64,000 nt of DNA, from IMG/VR virus record IMGVR_UViG_3300002026_000032, positions 16,351 through 80,350 of that record, one strand, 5' to 3'. This document shows positions 9,524 through 18,761 of this stretch, one piece after another. The notes under the pieces are model-generated. The model did not search any database and was not told the DNA's origin. It saw nothing but the letters and a program-made list of their open reading frames with translations. This DNA comes from a virus. Lineage: Duplodnaviria; Heunggongvirae; Uroviricota; Caudoviricetes. Position numbers and translations under genes: made by a program. Numbering within the stretch: the first letter of the stretch is position 1; the number at the start of each line of letters is the position of its first letter.

Positions 9524-9781
9524 TTAATAATTGCCTAGGTTCGATTTCATAAATTCCGAGAACCGATTGTCACGATCAACATCATTGATCGAATTGTTCC
9601 GATAGTCAACGAGAGCCCCATCAGTTCGATCAAACTCGAAGATCAATCGATCAACCGGAACCGTGGTTTTAATTCCTGCGGCTGACATGATTCGAGCCAT
9701 ACCAGACTCTTCTGACATCAACCGGCATTTAACAACTGTGTCACCTTTTCTTCCAGCGACTTTCATAAGTACTTCAGTCAT
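9524..9781 (-). CDS. hypothetical protein
   Basis: 85-aa ORF. Confidence 0.45.
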   Translation of the reverse strand: MTEVLMKVAGRKGDTVVKCRLMSEESGMARIMSAAGIKTTVPVDRLIFEFDRTDGALVDYRNNSINDVDRDNRFSEFMKSNLGNY

Positions 9782-9995
9782 GATTAGCTCCGAATCGTTT
9801 AACAGTTACAGTTGCAGCAAGTGGGATATTATAGTCTACGACTTCAGATTCACGAGTCGGATCAATCACAAACTTAACTGTTGCGAATGATATTTCTCGT
9901 GCAGCTTTCATAGCAAGTTCAGCATTCTCTGCTTGAACTTCGATCGTGCCATCAGTTGAAACATTGACGGCAAATTTGAAAGTTTTCATAACCAA
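9774..9995 (-). CDS. hypothetical protein
   Basis: 73-aa ORF. Confidence 0.45.
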   Translation of the reverse strand: MVMKTFKFAVNVSTDGTIEVQAENAELAMKAAREISFATVKFVIDPTRESEVVDYNIPLAATVTVKRFGANHD

Positions 9996-9998
9996 CTC

Positions 9999-10181
9999 CT
10001 AACGATTATTGATTCGAATTAAACAGCAAAGCATTTCGAGTCGGTAAGCAACATCGATTGTGTGATCATGTTGAAGATGATCAACAAATTCATACCAACC
10101 GAACTCGTTGATCATTTCAATACACTGTCTTTTCTGACCATTGACATATGAGTCAATGATTGCTTGATATTTATTCATCAT
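9999..10181 (-). CDS. hypothetical protein
   Basis: 60-aa ORF with a GGAGG RBS; the conserved hairpin element lies just upstream. Confidence 0.45.
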   Translation of the reverse strand: MMNKYQAIIDSYVNGQKRQCIEMINEFGWYEFVDHLQHDHTIDVAYRLEMLCCLIRINNR

Positions 10182-10200
10182 ACACCTCCTAAGTGTTAAT

Positions 10201-10259
10201 TAACTCATAAGCGGGCTCGGCGGTTGGAGTTTCAAGTCCCATCCGAGCCCTAAATCAGT
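10201..10259. repeat. conserved hairpin element, copy 1 (59 bp, near-identical to 18091-18149)
   Basis: An 8-bp stem GGGCTCGG/CCGAGCCC encloses a conserved loop containing GGTTGGAGTTTCAAGTCCCA; it sits right after a stop codon and before the next start. Confidence 0.7.
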
Positions 10260-10498
10260 TAATCATCGTCGCTATCATCAGACAGAAACGCATCACTGTA
10301 TTCAACCTTTAACACACTCGCTACACACTGACCAATTCTAACATCATTCGCAACAGACTCCTCATAGATATGATTTGGTGTTGCGATTAGATGCCCATGT
10401 AGCCCATTAACAACATCCAGTGCATCTTGTGATGATCCAGCTTCAACTTCAAGTTCATAATACCCAGACAACGAGAGGGTTACTAAAAATTTTGGCAT
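10259..10498 (-). CDS. hypothetical protein
   Basis: 79-aa ORF. Confidence 0.45.
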   Translation of the reverse strand: MPKFLVTLSLSGYYELEVEAGSSQDALDVVNGLHGHLIATPNHIYEESVANDVRIGQCVASVLKVEYSDAFLSDDSDDD

Positions 10499-10505
10499 AA
10501 CATCC

Positions 10506-10793
10506 TCACAATGCTTGGTGGTGGCCGGTGATCACTGTCATCACAACACGATCGTCGATGTTCATTTGTTCTCGGGCATCCTCTGGGGACGACGCCATCA
10601 CATGCTCAGCAAAGAGTTCATCGGTGCTTGACCAAATCCCAATCACTGTATATGGGTGACCGTCAACTGACACCCACGCCGGGGTTAAACCGGTGTCGGT
10701 GAATGGGCACAGAGTTGGAGAATTGGTTGATACGTTATCCATCAGTGTACACGGTTCTTCGTGATCACATATAAAACATTTCCAAGTACTCAT
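10506..10793 (-). CDS. hypothetical Cys-containing protein
   Basis: 95-aa ORF. Confidence 0.5.
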   Translation of the reverse strand: MSTWKCFICDHEEPCTLMDNVSTNSPTLCPFTDTGLTPAWVSVDGHPYTVIGIWSSTDELFAEHVMASSPEDAREQMNIDDRVVMTVITGHHQAL

Positions 10794-10811
10794 CTTAAGC
10801 CTCCTAAATGA

Positions 10812-11003
10812 TTAGCGGACAAACTCGATCAGATAACCGCTGGTTTTAATAACTTGCCCAACCATCATATTTGCTGGGATTGATAACTGCATATATGGCT
10901 GACATTTGTCATTGTATATAAACACAGTTTTCCATTTTGGATCGTAGGTTGGCTTGGGGTCTGAGCACTGACGTATAACCCCATCGATTTTTATTTTCAT
11001 CAT
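10812..11003 (-). CDS. hypothetical protein
   Basis: 63-aa ORF. Confidence 0.4.
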   Translation of the reverse strand: MMKIKIDGVIRQCSDPKPTYDPKWKTVFIYNDKCQPYMQLSIPANMMVGQVIKTSGYLIEFVR

Positions 11004-11782
11004 GATTCAGCCCTATAGCCATGTTCAATAAAGGTAAAATCATTACAATCCCAGAATTCACCGGTGTCGATATTCACCGCTTTCAAACCACCGATGTCAA
11101 CAATCACACAAACATCACTGAGGACACTCCACCGCTGACCAACCTTTGGATCAACTCGTGATCGAACTGCATCCAAACAATTGCTGATCATAGTACCGAT
11201 CGACATATCAGTGTCAACTTCAAGGCGTTCAGCCAGAGCTTGAAGATCTTTATATGATCTGGGAGAAAGTCTATCATGACCGATAGCCGCTGAGTGATCA
11301 AGGAAAACAACATTCTCAATAGCAGCTAATGATTCACGCCACTGACCAATTTCAAGATCCTTGTTCCCGGTTACCCGCTGATACAATTCAAGAATACGAA
11401 TCAACCAGGCTTCATTAACGAATCCAGCAACATCGATCGATGTTATAATACTTTCGAGAGCTGGAGTTATACCACGTTTAGGTTCTTCTGGACACACACG
11501 ATCGAATATTTCATAGATCATATCACATTCGGGTGTGCCGAGAATTTCACAATCAATGATTTGTGATGTAGCTTCTTCGAAAGTCTCATATAAGTTCCGA
11601 AGTTCAATACGCTCAACTGCATGTGATTTATCCTGAACTCTCAGTGCATATGAACAATTGACGCCATTATCAGTAATTGATATTGGTTTCACAGCCAGCA
11701 CAGCAGTTAATGGATATCTGATCACAGCAAAGATCCATGTTTTATCATTCATAGACTTTACAACTTGTTCTAGTGTTAACAT
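11000..11782 (-). CDS. hypothetical protein
   Basis: 260-aa ORF. Confidence 0.6.
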   Translation of the reverse strand: MLTLEQVVKSMNDKTWIFAVIRYPLTAVLAVKPISITDNGVNCSYALRVQDKSHAVERIELRNLYETFEEATSQIIDCEILGTPECDMIYEIFDRVCPEEPKRGITPALESIITSIDVAGFVNEAWLIRILELYQRVTGNKDLEIGQWRESLAAIENVVFLDHSAAIGHDRLSPRSYKDLQALAERLEVDTDMSIGTMISNCLDAVRSRVDPKVGQRWSVLSDVCVIVDIGGLKAVNIDTGEFWDCNDFTFIEHGYRAES

Positions 11783-11979
11783 ACCACAACCTCACTTAGG
11801 TTAAAAACATAATTATCAACAACATACTCATCCTCTGGATCTGGTTCATCCAAACCAAACTCAGACGGTTCAACATACACAAAACCATTCTCAATTTTAG
11901 CAGTCACCACAGTTGGGAACTTGATATGGCTCAAAGATAGGTACCAACTGTTACTGGTGATTTTTACCTTACGATTCAT
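11776..11979 (-). CDS. hypothetical protein (67 aa)
   Basis: Start re-set to the ATG at 11979. Confidence 0.4.
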   Translation of the reverse strand: MNRKVKITSNSWYLSLSHIKFPTVVTAKIENGFVYVEPSEFGLDEPDPEDEYVVDNYVFNLSEVVVC

Positions 11980-12217
11980 CGTTTCTCCCCCGCTTATTCT
12001 GTTTAGGAAGATCCAAATACTTTGCCGCATGGCGAGCATAATGAACTCCAGCCACACCATACGCTTCAGCCATCGATCGCTCATCGTTGTATTGTGAAAC
12101 AAAGGCTACACACGGATTGCATAGCCCATAACCTTTATCACGACCTTGCCACTGAACACTGAAATGATACTTGCCACAACAAGAGCAAATCAGACGCTCA
12201 ACCTTTTCACTGCTCAT
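11969..12217 (-). CDS. hypothetical Zn-finger-like protein (82 aa)
   Basis: Has C-x2-C ... C-x2-C motifs; start re-set to the ATG at 12217. Confidence 0.45.
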   Translation of the reverse strand: MSSEKVERLICSCCGKYHFSVQWQGRDKGYGLCNPCVAFVSQYNDERSMAEAYGVAGVHYARHAAKYLDLPKQNKRGRNDES

Positions 12218-12530
12218 AACCACATGTCGGACAATAAGTCCGTTCGGCCAAAACCGTGTCACCACTGATTTCATATTTCAGAACCGTTGAACACTCAGGG
12301 CAAACAGGTTCCTCGTCGGAATGATTCCGGCAGAGTTGGTCAAGGACTTCATTGTTGAAATACCTCAACTTTTCTAGCGCGAAATCCTCATCGTGATAAA
12401 ACTGAGCTTCAGTCCCTTCGGTGATGCAATTGAAGCTGACACAAGTATCCGGGTTCAGTGCAACGATTGCATCGAACATCGCTTCTGATGTTGCGGTGAC
12501 TTCATTGATATCAAGAATGTATCGTGCCAT
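12207..12530 (-). CDS. hypothetical Zn-ribbon protein
   Basis: 107 aa with CPEC...CPTC motifs. Confidence 0.5.
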   Translation of the reverse strand: MARYILDINEVTATSEAMFDAIVALNPDTCVSFNCITEGTEAQFYHDEDFALEKLRYFNNEVLDQLCRNHSDEEPVCPECSTVLKYEISGDTVLAERTYCPTCGYEQ

Positions 12531-12531
12531 C

Positions 12532-13503
12532 TTAGGTTCCTTTGGAAAGGTTAATTATTGAATTGATCTGTTCACAAATATCACGAGTCTTCTGCAGTTC
12601 ATCACGACGCTTAGCAGTCTCAGCCGACTTAGTTGATTTCAATTGAGCAACTGCATTAGTGAGTTTGATGCCAATCTCATTGATCGACTTGATCGCCTCA
12701 GTCACATGATCACATTCAACCACAATATTGAACTCATGCACCAACAGCCGATGATTACCGGCCCACAGATGGAAGAACTTCAGAGCCCCAATCATCTCTG
12801 AAAGATATGTTGAGTGTGGAACCTTGAAGCTGAAATTGTTATCCAGTTTAATTCCTGGATTGGTCACCTCAAGGATGATCCGAATCGATGTTGGATCTTG
12901 ACAGATGGCAGTGTTCGACTCAACCCGAATCAGTTTGAATAAGTTTGCGTTATCGAATAGAGCATCAGCCACAGCATCATTGAATGAATTGGCAATGAAA
13001 GCCTTTTCAGCCCGAAGCGATGCAGCGGTGATTTCTTCTTGATATTCCCGTTGAGCTAACCACTCAAATTTCGGTTGAAGAACATCAGATACAATTTCAT
13101 CACAGCAACTGATGATTGTTTGAATTCTATCTTTATTTGATGCACCATTAATGGTGAATGGTAGATAGAAACTATAATCATTGAGCTGCATCATACAGTA
13201 ATTCAATGGACTCGTCGCCGCTTTGTATACGATCTTCTTATCGTCAATCCGACTGAGGATTTTATCAACCTGGTTATAAGTACGGTCACGATCAAATGTC
13301 GACCCATACTTGTTGAAGTTTGCGACCATCAAAGTCATCTGGTTGACTTTACTAACCACGATTACAGCCATGAATTTTCCATCATGAAAGTATGCAATGG
13401 AATCGCGATCGGAATCACGAACAGCTCTGGTGATTTTCCCATACATGAAGTCATTGAGATCCAGATCCTTAAATTGATTGGGATTCAAAATTCTCTTTTC
13501 CAT
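12532..13503 (-). CDS. hypothetical protein
   Basis: 323-aa ORF. Confidence 0.6.
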   Translation of the reverse strand: MEKRILNPNQFKDLDLNDFMYGKITRAVRDSDRDSIAYFHDGKFMAVIVVSKVNQMTLMVANFNKYGSTFDRDRTYNQVDKILSRIDDKKIVYKAATSPLNYCMMQLNDYSFYLPFTINGASNKDRIQTIISCCDEIVSDVLQPKFEWLAQREYQEEITAASLRAEKAFIANSFNDAVADALFDNANLFKLIRVESNTAICQDPTSIRIILEVTNPGIKLDNNFSFKVPHSTYLSEMIGALKFFHLWAGNHRLLVHEFNIVVECDHVTEAIKSINEIGIKLTNAVAQLKSTKSAETAKRRDELQKTRDICEQINSIINLSKGT

Positions 13504-13995
13504 TTACCACTCCTCAAAGTTAAATGATTGCGAACTCCCAGCAAACTCATTTGGATCTGCAGGAACTTCTGAATCTAATAGTTCACGAATGATTGAATAG
13601 TATTTCATCCAATCATCATTATACTTGGTGCAACCTGAAAGCACATCAGCCCATGTCTTGTTATCAGCCAACCCATGAAGGGCAAATGATTTGCCCTTCA
13701 CAACAACTGGGTAACAATCCATGAATATGAATCCGACAGCACCATCACACTTGAATGTCATCCCATCGGTGACATCATCATCGCATTGAAGTCTTGAATA
13801 AACTTCGCTGTGATTGAGACCAGTTAAGTCTTTCATACAACACCCCCGTTCTACACACTCACCAGTGTAGTATGGTAGAAATTTTAATCCTAAGAATGTC
13901 CCACTCGCTTTATGCGATGATACACATTCTCTTGCCAAATTCAAATCAGTGGTGACTCGATAGCCACCAACGAAACTTATTCTAAAGCCCATCAT
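13504..13995 (-). CDS. hypothetical protein
   Basis: 163-aa ORF. Confidence 0.55.
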   Translation of the reverse strand: MMGFRISFVGGYRVTTDLNLARECVSSHKASGTFLGLKFLPYYTGECVERGCCMKDLTGLNHSEVYSRLQCDDDVTDGMTFKCDGAVGFIFMDCYPVVVKGKSFALHGLADNKTWADVLSGCTKYNDDWMKYYSIIRELLDSEVPADPNEFAGSSQSFNFEEW

Positions 13996-14004
13996 TTGAC
14001 ACCC

Positions 14005-14451
14005 CTAACAATAAGTATCAGCCAATGCAACCTCATCTTGACAGATGACACCGTTATTGTTTTCGTATACCGGATATCCATCTTGATAGATGAGGAGACA
14101 GTTTGTTGCCACAGTATAAGTTGCTGACTTCTGCACCTTACGAGGAACTCCCATGTCATTACTCATGATGAGATCTACATCATCAGCTGTTATACCAGAG
14201 TAGTCATACTCATCCATGTACATGTCAAGTTTTACAACCTTACCACCAAATGTTGTTTCCAGCTTAACGATGACTTCTTTACACCGAGCAATCGAACAGC
14301 CCAATGCTTTGATCATGTTAAAACTTTTCTGATTCGATGGAAACAATTGACCATCCTCAATTGGAAACGCATCTTTGAAAAATGCACGAGCAGGGAATAC
14401 AAACTCTTGATCAGCGATCCATCGTTTTAGGATCTCATCGTTTGCTGCCAT
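14005..14451 (-). CDS. hypothetical protein (148 aa)
   Basis: Start re-set to the ATG at 14451. Confidence 0.5.
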   Translation of the reverse strand: MAANDEILKRWIADQEFVFPARAFFKDAFPIEDGQLFPSNQKSFNMIKALGCSIARCKEVIVKLETTFGGKVVKLDMYMDEYDYSGITADDVDLIMSNDMGVPRKVQKSATYTVATNCLLIYQDGYPVYENNNGVICQDEVALADTYC

Positions 14452-14944
14452 ATATCCCCCAATTAACATTGTACCCAAGAGCTTCAACTTCTTGCAGTTC
14501 GAAATGAGAACAACCAAAAGTCATAACCCCATCAAACTTATCCTTGAGATAGTCCTTGATCTTATAACCACCAGCATCATCTTCGTCAGTGTATCGACCG
14601 ACAACATTGATGCCATTGATGATGTCAAGTTCTACAAGATACTTGTTGGACTGTTTGAGTTCAAGCTCAATCTCCTCCAGTTTATCCACCGACACCATGT
14701 GTTTGTCGAACATCTTTGTGCGACCAATACAACCATAGTCTCTGAGGATTGTAGCACAGAATGACACCGACCCTTCAAGATCGTCATATTTTGACAGAAC
14801 ATCAAATTCTGTAGCACCAATCTGAATGCCACCAATGCGCATCCATTCGATAACACCCGCAGTGGTTGCCGGGAAGAATTGAATCACAGACCATTCCCCA
14901 CGGTCGGCTCTGAATGCAGTTTGTTCTACACGATATTTAGCCAT
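14435..14944 (-). CDS. hypothetical protein
   Basis: 169-aa ORF. Confidence 0.55.
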   Translation of the reverse strand: MAKYRVEQTAFRADRGEWSVIQFFPATTAGVIEWMRIGGIQIGATEFDVLSKYDDLEGSVSFCATILRDYGCIGRTKMFDKHMVSVDKLEEIELELKQSNKYLVELDIINGINVVGRYTDEDDAGGYKIKDYLKDKFDGVMTFGCSHFELQEVEALGYNVNWGIYGSKR

Positions 14945-15233
14945 TTAATCCTCCTGTGCTAATGATTTTCACAACCTGTTCGCTTGACAAGTTTTCACAT
15001 ACATCATGATCAAGATTGACCCGAATCACTTGATCACCATCAATTTCATTAGAGAGCTCTGCATAGATCCGAACCAGATCCATCACAGTGATCTCATCAG
15101 TGATGTTCGGAATCTCACTCAATGGTAACGATTCACAGAGCTCTTGAAAGCACACATCACCCTGATTGTAGATTGACAGAACAGTTTTCTTTACGAGCCC
15201 ATTGATATGAGCCCTTCTTTTGTTAGCATCCAT
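14937..15233 (-). CDS. hypothetical protein
   Basis: 98-aa ORF. Confidence 0.5.
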   Translation of the reverse strand: MDANKRRAHINGLVKKTVLSIYNQGDVCFQELCESLPLSEIPNITDEITVMDLVRIYAELSNEIDGDQVIRVNLDHDVCENLSSEQVVKIISTGGLNG

Positions 15234-15341
15234 CTTAGGACTCCTTTTTTAAAGCGACAATGCAATAACGATCAATATGATCGCTATGCATATGTAGGTT
15301 GCAATTCTATTCCAAGTTGATCTTAGCATGGCTGACCTCCA

Positions 15342-16001
15342 TCAGTACAGTTTGATTGCTTCTTGTTCAGAAGGAACCACTTTATATTCATCGATCTCTG
15401 ACGGGATGGTGGTTGTCCAGAACACAACCCACATCGGTGTGTCACCCAATCTCTGGATCTCCTTGACTTTAGAACTTTCAATGATGGCACTCATTGCTGT
15501 ACCGCTCCAGTAGTGTCTACTAATTGCATAGCAGATACTCTTCACATGTTCCTCTCGGATCCGCAAACTGATGAACATGTCCGACAGTTGCTGGATGACA
15601 GTTTCTGGAGTTACGACTGGATCGACTGGTTCATCAACACAGCATTCATCTGAATCAAGACTGACTGTCACACAAAGATCCTCTGGGATTGGGAGCTCTG
15701 TGATGAAGTAACCAATCCGGTTAACCAAGTGGTAACCAGACACAATGTATGTGCCGTTATCACCATCGCAATAGGTACCAATGAATTCAGGGGACTTGGT
15801 GCAAACGAATGCTTCTTCTTCACCAAATGTCTCGAACATGTATCCATCAAAGGATGCATTGTCATCGAGATGGTTGATCACCGGTTTGTACTGTTCAAAG
15901 AACTCATCAACCGTTATTGGTTTTGGCTTGGTTACATTGTACATCTTGATCGCATCACCTTCTGCTAGAATTTCAAATGTTTCTTCTCTGTAGTTGCTCA
16001 T
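15342..16001 (-). CDS. hypothetical acidic protein (219 aa)
   Basis: The track's start at 16043 is a GTG lying inside the conserved hairpin element; the ATG at 16001 is more likely. Confidence 0.5.
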   Translation of the reverse strand: MSNYREETFEILAEGDAIKMYNVTKPKPITVDEFFEQYKPVINHLDDNASFDGYMFETFGEEEAFVCTKSPEFIGTYCDGDNGTYIVSGYHLVNRIGYFITELPIPEDLCVTVSLDSDECCVDEPVDPVVTPETVIQQLSDMFISLRIREEHVKSICYAISRHYWSGTAMSAIIESSKVKEIQRLGDTPMWVVFWTTTIPSEIDEYKVVPSEQEAIKLY

Positions 16002-16011
16002 ATGACCCCAA

Positions 16012-16050
16012 GACTGCCCCGGCGTTGGAGTTTCAAGTCCCACCGGAGCT
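16012..16050. repeat. conserved hairpin element, copy 3 (diverged)
   Basis: Shares the core GGCG(G)TTGGAGTTTCAAGTCCCA(T/C)C with the copies at 10201 and 18091. Confidence 0.55.
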
Positions 16051-16059
16051 GGAAAAATG

Positions 16060-16218
16060 TTAATGGAATGGGAAAGCTGCTCGGTACGCTTCTGCGTGAC
16101 CTTCAGTTACCCAGATAGCTGCAGCCTCTTCAAAGCTGCAATCGAATCGTAATGCCAGAACCTTTATACAAGATGACTGGCGCTCTGAATCGGTGAGTTG
16201 TAATTGTTGAGAGCTCAT
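16060..16218 (-). CDS. small hypothetical protein (52 aa)
   Basis: Not in the ORF track. Its ATG overlaps the upstream TGA stop as ATGA, which suggests translational coupling. Confidence 0.35.
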   Translation of the reverse strand: MSSQQLQLTDSERQSSCIKVLALRFDCSFEEAAAIWVTEGHAEAYRAAFPFH

Positions 16219-16400
16219 ATAGCAACCCCCGACAATTTAAGAGAAATTAGATGAGTTGAGCGGTCTGGTGTGTTAAACCAGAACTGAGCGATCCCCTCAT
16301 CTAATTGATAACCAGAGGCGAATGAATCGCCATCAACAGGGAGAATAGCCCCATGCTTAGCACGAGCTCTCTCCATCAACATAGCATAGATTGTTTCCAT
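16215..16400 (-). CDS. hypothetical protein
   Basis: 61-aa ORF. Confidence 0.4.
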   Translation of the reverse strand: METIYAMLMERARAKHGAILPVDGDSFASGYQLDEGIAQFWFNTPDRSTHLISLKLSGVAI

Positions 16401-16469
16401 GCTTTCCTCCCCACTTAGGAGTTATAAAAACACTCAGACTTAATCCCCTGAGTTTAGGAATTCATTGTT

Positions 16470-16643
16470 TCACAGCTCAATCTCCGTATGGGAGTATTCG
16501 AAATCACTACCACACTCCGGGCATGTCGGAGTTCCGTTCTCCTGATAGTAATCGGGTGTGACATCAGCTGGCTCCACGATGCACCCACAGTTAGGGATCC
16601 ACACATTATGAACCAACGAATCTTTAATTACCTTGCGAGCCAT
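16470..16643 (-). CDS. small Zn-ribbon protein (57 aa)
   Basis: Not in the ORF track. ATG at 16643 follows GGAGGAG; sequence has CGC...CPEC. It replaces the antisense plus-strand ORF 16488-16670. Confidence 0.45.
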   Translation of the reverse strand: MARKVIKDSLVHNVWIPNCGCIVEPADVTPDYYQENGTPTCPECGSDFEYSHTEIEL

Positions 16644-16948
16644 AGAGCTCCTCCTACCGATATAGGTTAAACAGATTGGTGATGAAATGGTTGAGCTCTT
16701 CCGATAATGATGTTAACAGCTCTTTCATTTCTGAACCCAAACTGATCCATTGAACACCGATCCATCAACCGGTGGCAACTGAACTCCCCGTTTGAATTCA
16801 AGGGAGAATACGCTTACTGCAACTAGCAGTACACAAATTACACTTTTCATCACAACCTCCTAAGTTGTTATTATTAAAAGGGCTGCATCAAGTTATTCAA
16901 TACAGCCCGAGGACACTTTCCTCTAGGGGAAAGTTGATAAACCATTAA

Positions 16949-17290
16949 TCAATTTTGGTCTTGCTGTAGGTTATCCTCAGTAGACCGGTAATATTCACAG
17001 TTTTTCTTGCATCTACCAAGCTTTGAGCAAGCCCAAGGGTATTCGATGCCATTGACATCGATATGACTCTTGCAGTGGATGCAATCATTTTGAATTGCAG
17101 TTGGCACCATGGTTCTATTGAACCGAGACAGAATTGATTTCCGTGCTGCTGAGCTGAGCTTTGACTGCTTCAGCAAAATCTCCCGAACATCTTTGATGTC
17201 ATAGCCCGGGAATAGATCCGGGTTTGGCATTCCTGTGTTCTGGTGAATCATGCCGAACAAGTCAAGGAAGGGGTTTGATCTTCCAAACAT
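16949..17290 (-). CDS. hypothetical Cys-rich protein
   Basis: 113-aa ORF with a GGAG RBS. Confidence 0.55.
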   Translation of the reverse strand: MFGRSNPFLDLFGMIHQNTGMPNPDLFPGYDIKDVREILLKQSKLSSAARKSILSRFNRTMVPTAIQNDCIHCKSHIDVNGIEYPWACSKLGRCKKNCEYYRSTEDNLQQDQN

Positions 17291-17545
17291 ATCACCACTC
17301 CTTTCTCAGAGCCATCAGCCCTGAAACGAATATAGCTCCAGTCAAGAAGCTAAGTAATGGTGTCCACTCATTAGTGGCACCGGTTAAAAGGTAGAGCCCT
17401 AACAGCCCTACAATGATTCGTACAGATCCACTCATGTATACTCCTTTTGTTAAGTTTACATAATATTTAAATATCCACGGATCAACTGACCCATGACATA
17501 TCCAACGATAGCAGATAATATAAAGATTCTCATGTGCACTCCTTT

Positions 17546-17647
17546 CTTAAAATACAATGGCAGTCAGCACTGCCGCAACTACCGCTGGTACGATTTTACC
17601 CTTGGTCACAATCAGTGTGATCACAAGAGCTGCTACTGGTAAAGACA
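17546..17647 (-). CDS. small hydrophobic peptide (33 aa)
   Basis: ATG at 17647 follows AAGGAGG; translation MSLPVAALVITLIVTKGKIVPAVVAAVLTAIVF. Confidence 0.3.
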
Positions 17648-17658
17648 TATTGGCCTCC

Positions 17659-17979
17659 TTAGGCTATGAAAATGTCTTGGCACCACGCCTCGACTGAATC
17701 ATTATCACACACACCATATCTAATTGCATTGTTTGAGCATGACTCAATGAACTGGGGGTCAGTTGACAGTCCAGCCATATTTGCTATGACTGACGCCAGC
17801 TCAAACATTCCGGTGATTGCTGCATACTTAAATGCATACTCTTTACAGCCACATGCACTGATCAATGCGATGGCTTCCATCTGCATATCATTCCAAGCTG
17901 CGAACTCTTCTTCATCTCTTTGGCACTCTTCAGAAGATAGATACTCCTGAAGAGATTCAGTTTGTTCGTCCCATGTCAT
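17659..17979 (-). CDS. hypothetical protein
   Basis: 106-aa ORF. Confidence 0.5.
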   Translation of the reverse strand: MTWDEQTESLQEYLSSEECQRDEEEFAAWNDMQMEAIALISACGCKEYAFKYAAITGMFELASVIANMAGLSTDPQFIESCSNNAIRYGVCDNDSVEAWCQDIFIA

Positions 17980-18090
17980 AATTGCCTCCTAAGGCTTTAA
18001 TGAGAATAATTTCACAATAACTATACACAGACTCACAACTTAATCCCTATAGGGATAAAGTTCATTGTTATTGTGAATTTTGTAACAATA

Positions 18091-18149
18091 AACTCATAGT
18101 TGGGCTCGGCGGTTGGAGTTTCAAGTCCCATCCGAGCCCTAAATCAGTT
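18091..18149. repeat. conserved hairpin element, copy 2
   Basis: 57 of 59 positions identical to 10201-10259. Confidence 0.7.
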
Positions 18150-18508
18150 TATTTGGTTTTCTTTTCAACCCAGTGGGCTGCATCAGCTACCCCGCCGGCT
18201 ACAAAGTTGGTGAAGCCCTTAAGAGCTTCACCGGTTGTGTCAAGAACATCCTTTGCTTTCGCCTTATTAGCCTTGGCTTTCGCCTTACCCTCAGGGCTCT
18301 CAGCATAAGCTTTCGCCTCGGCAGCTTTATCGGATGCAGCCTTCCCTGCATCCTTGATTACTTCTACAATTTCTCCTCCGTCAAAGGTGAGCTCGTCACC
18401 CTCTACAGATACAGGTTGTGCTGATACTGAACAGCTCAACAGGGTGATGAGAATTGTTACTAGGATAGCATATGCCATCCAATTAGAAGTTTTGAAAGTT
18501 GATCCCAT
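18149..18508 (-). CDS. putative lipoprotein with a Lys/Ala-rich repeat region
   Basis: Signal peptide plus lipobox LLSC; KAKAKANKAKAK low-complexity stretch. Confidence 0.55.
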   Translation of the reverse strand: MGSTFKTSNWMAYAILVTILITLLSCSVSAQPVSVEGDELTFDGGEIVEVIKDAGKAASDKAAEAKAYAESPEGKAKAKANKAKAKDVLDTTGEALKGFTNFVAGGVADAAHWVEKKTK

Positions 18509-18761
18509 AGGATCCCCCTTTTGTTTACGGGCTGTCTTAGCCCATTAATAGAAATAGTTCATGATAGGGATTTGTTATCCCGCCCCTATCGGCTTAGGCG
18601 GTTGTATGGCGTTTTATCGGGGGTGTATAGAATTTATCAACCACTTACGATGGGTTGAGGTCCTATAACCCGATTACCTATATTGGCTCACTAATTGGGT
18701 GAGCTCAATAGATAATCCCTTGACATTTGTATACCGCACAGGGTCGCGGTAGATGGTTAGA

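Noticed and set aside
10201-10259. tRNA gene at the conserved hairpin elements
   Set aside because: The loop resembles a T-arm (GTTTCAAGTCC) but is 8 nt rather than 7, and there is no D-arm, anticodon arm or proper acceptor pairing. It is therefore not a tRNA, and I found no canonical tRNA anywhere in the window.
16488-16670. Plus-strand 60-aa ORF from the track
   Set aside because: The opposite strand encodes a Zn-ribbon protein with a GGAGGAG RBS in the orientation of all neighbouring genes.
17291-17545. Cluster of three small hydrophobic peptides
   Set aside because: On exact re-translation two of the three collapsed to 21-aa and 16-aa frames through stop codons. Only the 33-aa ORF at 17546-17647 survives.
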